A DNA stretch of 39,206 nt from Octopus bimaculoides (taxonomy: Eukaryota): the NCBI RefSeq assembly GCF_001194135.2, contig NC_068987.1, positions 37,337,134 through 37,376,339 of the forward strand, given 5' to 3'. Position 1 is the first letter of the stretch; each line of letters begins with the position of its first letter. Positions 35,342 to 39,206 of this stretch are shown here, piece by piece. A program made the translations under genes and the position numbers. A model generated the notes under the pieces. That model was not told the DNA's origin, searched no databases, and was given only the letters and a program-made list of their open reading frames with translations.

Positions 35342-35686
35342 NNNNNNNNNNNNNNNNNNNNNNNNNNNNNNNNNNNNNNNNNNNNNNNNNNNNNNNNNNN
35401 NNNNNNNNNNNNNNNNNNNNNNNNNNNNNNNNNNNNNNNNNNNNNNNNNNNNNNNNNNNNNNNNNNNNNNNNNNNNNNNNNNNNNNNNNNNNNNNNNNNN
35501 NNNNNNNNNNNNNNNNNNNNNNNNNNNNNNNNNNNNNNNNNNNNNNNNNNNNNNNNNNNNNNNNNNNNNNNNNNNNNNNNNNNNNNNNNNNNNNNNNNNN
35601 NNNNNNNNNNNNNNNNNNNNNNNNNNNNNNNNNNNNNNNNNNNNNNNNNNNNNNNNNNNNNNNNNNNNNNNNNNNNNNNNNNNNNN

Positions 35687-35717
<31 letters not shown>

Positions 35718-35920
35718 GATAGAGAGAGAGGTAAATATATACAGGGAAGGATCTTTTCTGATACCGTCACAGATTTTGAAATTCTAAAATATAGTTTAAA
35801 ATTTCAAAGTTAGCATATCGATGCATTTTTTTCAGGCTGAATCTGATTTTGTGATATACTTATTCCAGAATTTTTTTTTAGAAAAATGTTACAGAGGTTT
35901 AAAGTTTGTTATATCAGCAT

Positions 35921-36178
35921 CTAGATTTTATCATCCACGAAAACTGGCATCAGCGATCCAGTCCGGACTCCATCAAAATTTTGAAATGTGCCGTAGAAGT
36001 GATTATCCAAAGATTAATATATTCTATTATTGCGTAGCGCATGGTGTATTATATGTCATATACAAGTTGTGTAAGCCGTATTGTCACTTGAGCTAATGAC
36101 TTCTACAGCATATTTCAAAGCATTGATGTATTCTGGATTGGATCGTTGATGCCACTTTTCGTAGGCAATAAAATCTCG
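35921..36178. repeat. Inverted repeat, 92-bp arms (about 75-80% identical by eye) with a 74-nt spacer
   Basis: ctagattttatcatccacgaaaactggcatcagcgatccagtcc... (35921-36012) matches the reverse complement of 36087-36178 (cgagattttattgcctacgaaaagtggcatcaacgatccaatcc...). Confidence 0.85.
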
Positions 36179-36315
36179 TTCCTAATATTTCATTATATGC
36201 TGGATGGTTATGTTAACGACGTTTTGAAGATAAGAAATGCCATTGAATTCATTTTACACTTTGTTCTGATCAATCCAAATAAATCCCCTTATTACTTTTA
36301 TCTATACGTCTACAG

Positions 36316-36337
36316 TTTAACACAGCCATTTTCTACG
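36316..36337 (+). CDS. Candidate micro-exon (22 nt; FNTAIFY+G)
   Basis: cccttattacttttatctatacgtctacag|tttaacacagccattttctacg|gtgagt has a pyrimidine-rich acceptor and a consensus donor. An alternative acceptor at 36325 would give 12 nt. Confidence 0.25.
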
Positions 36338-37535
36338 GTGAGTTCTTTAAACATCTTAAACTGCCAGTAAAACAAATTGGCCGATTGTATAGCAGCCCAC
36401 TTCCATATTTAGATTGGATTGATTTTCCGTATGCTGCAATGTACTTCAACATTGTAGCATATCATTATTTACGTGTTTAAATTATGATATACTCTGAAGA
36501 TTTGAGGGATTCACTGTAATGTATTGTGTAATCTAATGGAATAGTGCACGTCATACCTGTATGATATTACGTTACAATAAAATTTCTTTATGAAACATTT
36601 GTAAGATATACGATAAAATCCATTTGTCTATTATATGCGTGCGTGTGCGTGTGTGCACGCACGTGTGTGAGTGTATGTGTGTATCTATATGTATATGTTC
36701 ATGTGTATGTATAACTGTGTATTTGTGTGTCTGTGAGTATGCAAACATGAATGGAGTGTATCTGTGTGTGTCTGAAAAGTTTAGATAAGTTCATGTACAC
36801 ACTGTGAATCACATGCATTCCGTGCATATATCACCGATAGGATGCATTGCTCCTAACTAACAATTTCATTTCCCATTTCTTACTTTACATCTAACCCAGT
36901 TGCAGTTTCTCTGGAACAGTTTACGTCCGTGGGCAGCTTTTCGTTCATTCCTTCATTACATTTTGCTTGTTTTCTTTTTATCAACCGATGAGAATCCTGT
37001 GCAGTAATATATAGGAGACAATCATTAAAATTTGATCATTCATTTCTCGGATGATCTTTTATGAATATTGAAACACGATAATGTGTCAAGGATTAACAGA
37101 AATACGCACCCCCCCACACTCCCACACCCCCACACACCCACTACATCTACGCAGCACACAGCTATCTATCTTCATTTATTTATATATTAATCTATTATAC
37201 TTTTCTAAGAAGACGGGTGACGGTAACGCGTCCGACGAAGGCTAGCAATCACTGTAAATAAAAGTAAATAAATATGTACTCTACAAAAACTAATGAGTAA
37301 TTCTTCAGTTTAATGTTTAATTTTTCAGTTTAATACATATATACAGAACTATATACTTGACATGCCACCACTTCCTACTCGCCCTAACAACCTGACCAAT
37401 TTCCTATCCGCCACGTGATCAATTTCCTGTTCACCTTGCGGTATTTCCAACTAACTGTTACCCATATACCAACATCAAACCACGAAACCGCGTGACCTTC
37501 CTCGACCAATCGCAGCCTACCTTACGCTAATAATA

Positions 37536-37636
37536 CCTTGGGCAAGTGTCTTCTACTATAGCCTCGGGCCGACCAAATACTTGTGAGTGGATTTGGTAGA
37601 CGGAAACTGAAAAGAAGCCCATTGTATATATGTATG

Positions 37637-37640
<4 letters not shown>
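37536..37640 (+). mobile_element. SINE family A, CORE-like 5' part
   Basis: ccttgggcaagtgtcttctactatagcctcgggccgaccaaatacttgtgagtggatttggtagacggaaactgaaaagaagccc runs into (TA)n and gap 37680-37964. The ccttgggcaagt motif is the CORE-SINE signature. Confidence 0.85.
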
Positions 37641-37679
<39 letters not shown>

Positions 37680-37983
37680 NNNNNNNNNNNNNNNNNNNNN
37701 NNNNNNNNNNNNNNNNNNNNNNNNNNNNNNNNNNNNNNNNNNNNNNNNNNNNNNNNNNNNNNNNNNNNNNNNNNNNNNNNNNNNNNNNNNNNNNNNNNNN
37801 NNNNNNNNNNNNNNNNNNNNNNNNNNNNNNNNNNNNNNNNNNNNNNNNNNNNNNNNNNNNNNNNNNNNNNNNNNNNNNNNNNNNNNNNNNNNNNNNNNNN
37901 NNNNNNNNNNNNNNNNNNNNNNNNNNNNNNNNNNNNNNNNNNNNNNNNNNNNNNNNNNNNNNNNTATATATATATATATATAT

Positions 37984-38260
37984 GGGAGAATTTACGAAAA
38001 AAATAACAGACAGGTGGTGTAAACAACAAATGGATGTATTAGTTTAATGCTCGGGAATAGAGAAAGTCTTTGACGTTTCGAGCCTACGCTCTTCAACTGA
38101 AAGGAACACAGAAAGAAATAAGGAGAGAAACAAGGAGAAAAAAATATAAATTTAGTGGTCAGCAATCTATCATGGCGAATGCCGGACAGAAGGTTCACAC
38201 AGGAGTGCTAAGAAAAAGGGGAGATAACAAAGGGGAAAGAAATGGTGAACCCAAGATGAG
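37984..38260 (-). mobile_element. Repeat fragment resembling a PLE terminal repeat
   Basis: The minus strand reads ...ttgaagagcgtaggctcgaaacgtcaaagactttctctattcc..., the tgaaga...cgaaacgt layout typical of PLE ends. The classification is inferred. Confidence 0.45.
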
Positions 38261-38707
38261 AAGGTGTATGTGTGAGAGAATGCTGGAGATCTTAACGTAT
38301 GTATGTGTGTATGTAGGTGTGAAAAAGTGGGGAAGGGAGTTGGTCAGTGCTAGTGTGTGCGTGGTGGCGTGCTGTGAAGTGATGTGTTGTGTGATATGGT
38401 GTAGCGCGGTGTGATGTGAGATATATATATATATATAATGCAAAGTTGAGATTATATTAGGGAAACAAGTTTGATAATAAGAACGAACTTTTAGATACTA
38501 ACTGGAGGACTCAATATAAAGAGCAGAGTCAGCTATATTGTAAAATTCTGTTGAGATTTTGTTCATTTGACAGATTATTCAACTAGTCTGGCTGTAACAG
38601 CTATCAAGTGAAACTTAGAGAATTAATCAACACTTGCTTGACAAAATAATGCATATATACGTGTGTGCTAATCTCCTTCGTTTCCTATCATCCTATCAAT
38701 TTGTCTC

Positions 38708-38709
<2 letters not shown>

Positions 38710-38793
<84 letters not shown>

Positions 38794-39138
38794 ATCTATT
38801 CATCAGTCTGTCGGTGTGTCTATGTGTGTGTATGTCTGTGTATATGCCTGTCTATCTATCTATATACATAAAAACACACACAATACACACACACATATAT
38901 CGATCAACTTATTTAAGTGAAGACTATGTATTTAACACAGTTTACAAATACACACGCACTCACACACACTCTCAAACACGCAGATACACATACACACAAA
39001 CACGCAGATACACATCCACACACACAACACTTTTCAGGTATGTGCACGTGCATAAACAGAAGCCTTGCACTCAACCGTGAATTTTTTTATGACTTTGCAC
39101 ATGTCGATATTTTCGAAGGAAGGAAGGAACCGGTCTCA

Positions 39139-39206
<68 letters not shown>
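38710..39206. repeat. (TATC)n/(TGTC)n and terminal (CA)n microsatellites
   Basis: Directly visible at 38710-38790 and 39141-39206. Confidence 0.9.

Larger units (their letters stand above)
8556..37964. other. Assembly gaps (N runs)
   Basis: Gaps at 8556-9394, 10337-11125, 17398-17942, 18642-19191, 20191-20200, 23218-23726, 25869-26188, 28296-28991, 30512-30606, 32038-32047, 35342-35686 and 37680-37964. Most abut microsatellites or TEs. Confidence 1.

Noticed and set aside
8245-38047. Long ORFs (120-414 aa) consisting mostly of X
   Set aside because: They are open only because they cross N-gaps. Only the flanks at 8245-8555 (Tx1) and around 28012-29101 (mariner) carry real coding signal.
6565-39080. 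Many ORFs rich in VCVC, HTHT, YIYI, LSIY, poly-L/N/M/S
   Set aside because: These are translations of stop-free microsatellites with no support as genes.

Overview
AT-rich eukaryotic genomic DNA from a gapped draft assembly, with 12 N-gaps totalling about 5 kb. It is dense in (TA)n, (CA)n, (TATC)n, (ATT)n and (GAT)n microsatellites. The SINE families and repeat style resemble an octopus (coleoid cephalopod) genome; this is inferred from recalled repeat sequences, with no database search run. I find no intact protein-coding gene, RNA gene or CRISPR array. Most supplied ORFs are artefacts of N-gaps or microsatellites. The window is mainly nested, decayed transposable elements: three tRNA-derived SINE families (several with clear target-site duplications), two Penelope-like RT remnants, a Tx1/L1-type LINE, an R4/Dong-type LINE, a Helitron helicase remnant, several hAT pieces (one MITE with a perfect 8-bp TSD), a maT (DD37D) element, three mariner pieces and a probable Chapaev-type derivative. 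The most notable unexplained structure is a set of at least six long inverted-repeat elements (arms about 90-300 bp), five within 26.8-36.2 kb, including a mariner derivative built from two 5' ends. There are also several decayed hammerhead-ribozyme-like motifs and three weak plus-strand exon candidates. I see no evidence strong enough to claim a new biological system; the findings are leads to test.
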